Source: Octopus sinensis
Taxonomy: Eukaryota
Direction of reading: 5' to 3'
NCBI RefSeq assembly: GCF_006345805.1
Contig: NW_021824100.1
Coordinates: 1-20,042, forward strand
Length of the DNA stretch: 20,042 nt
This document shows positions 19,763 through 20,042 of this stretch, piece after piece. The position numbers were made by a program, and so were the translations under genes. Each line of letters begins with the position of its first letter. Positions within the stretch are counted from its first letter, which is position 1. The notes below the pieces were generated by a model, which worked only from the letters and a program-made list of their open reading frames with translations, made no database searches and was not told where the DNA came from.

Positions 19763-19943
19763 ATGTTTTTGTATGTATATATAGTTATGTGCTCATTGCT
19801 TATTCATCCATTTTTAAATAATCAGAACAAAAATAAGACAATTAGCAATTCACAGATATTATACGATTCAAAGAACTATAAATGGTTGCGAACCAATTGA
19901 AATTATTTCTGGAAGAATCAACGTTTTATACACTATATGACGT

Positions 19944-19947
<4 letters not shown>

Positions 19948-20041
<94 letters not shown>
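19948..20041. repeat. (TA)n microsatellite
   Basis: Read directly from the sequence. Confidence 0.97.

Positions 20042-20042
<1 letters not shown>

Overview
AT-rich, repeat-dense, non-coding eukaryotic DNA. The tRNA-derived SINE families resemble those I recall from octopus/cephalopod genomes; this is an inference and was not searched. I can support no intact protein-coding gene, and almost all ORF-track entries are microsatellite or composition artefacts. The window holds many microsatellites, two tRNA-derived SINE families, a decayed full-length mariner transposon (3100-4313), three MITE-like foldback elements, a promoter-like G-rich island (about 6600-7096) and an unidentified coding-like relic (14799-15296). 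The main signal is four hammerhead-ribozyme motifs of the minimal type associated with Penelope-like elements (PLEs), in two unrelated families. Family 1 has three copies (2787-2832 -, 8819-8864 -, 9084-9129 +) and lies in the 3' tail of a tRNA-headed SINE-like element; at 8776-9181 that element has a Penelope-style inverted 3'-end duplication. Family 2 (18597-18729 +) has a roughly 100-nt extended helix II, a non-canonical CCGAAGA core and a palindromic ACAGCUGU helix III, and it is bracketed by a perfect 83-bp inverted repeat. All structures were folded by eye and ribozyme activity is untested.
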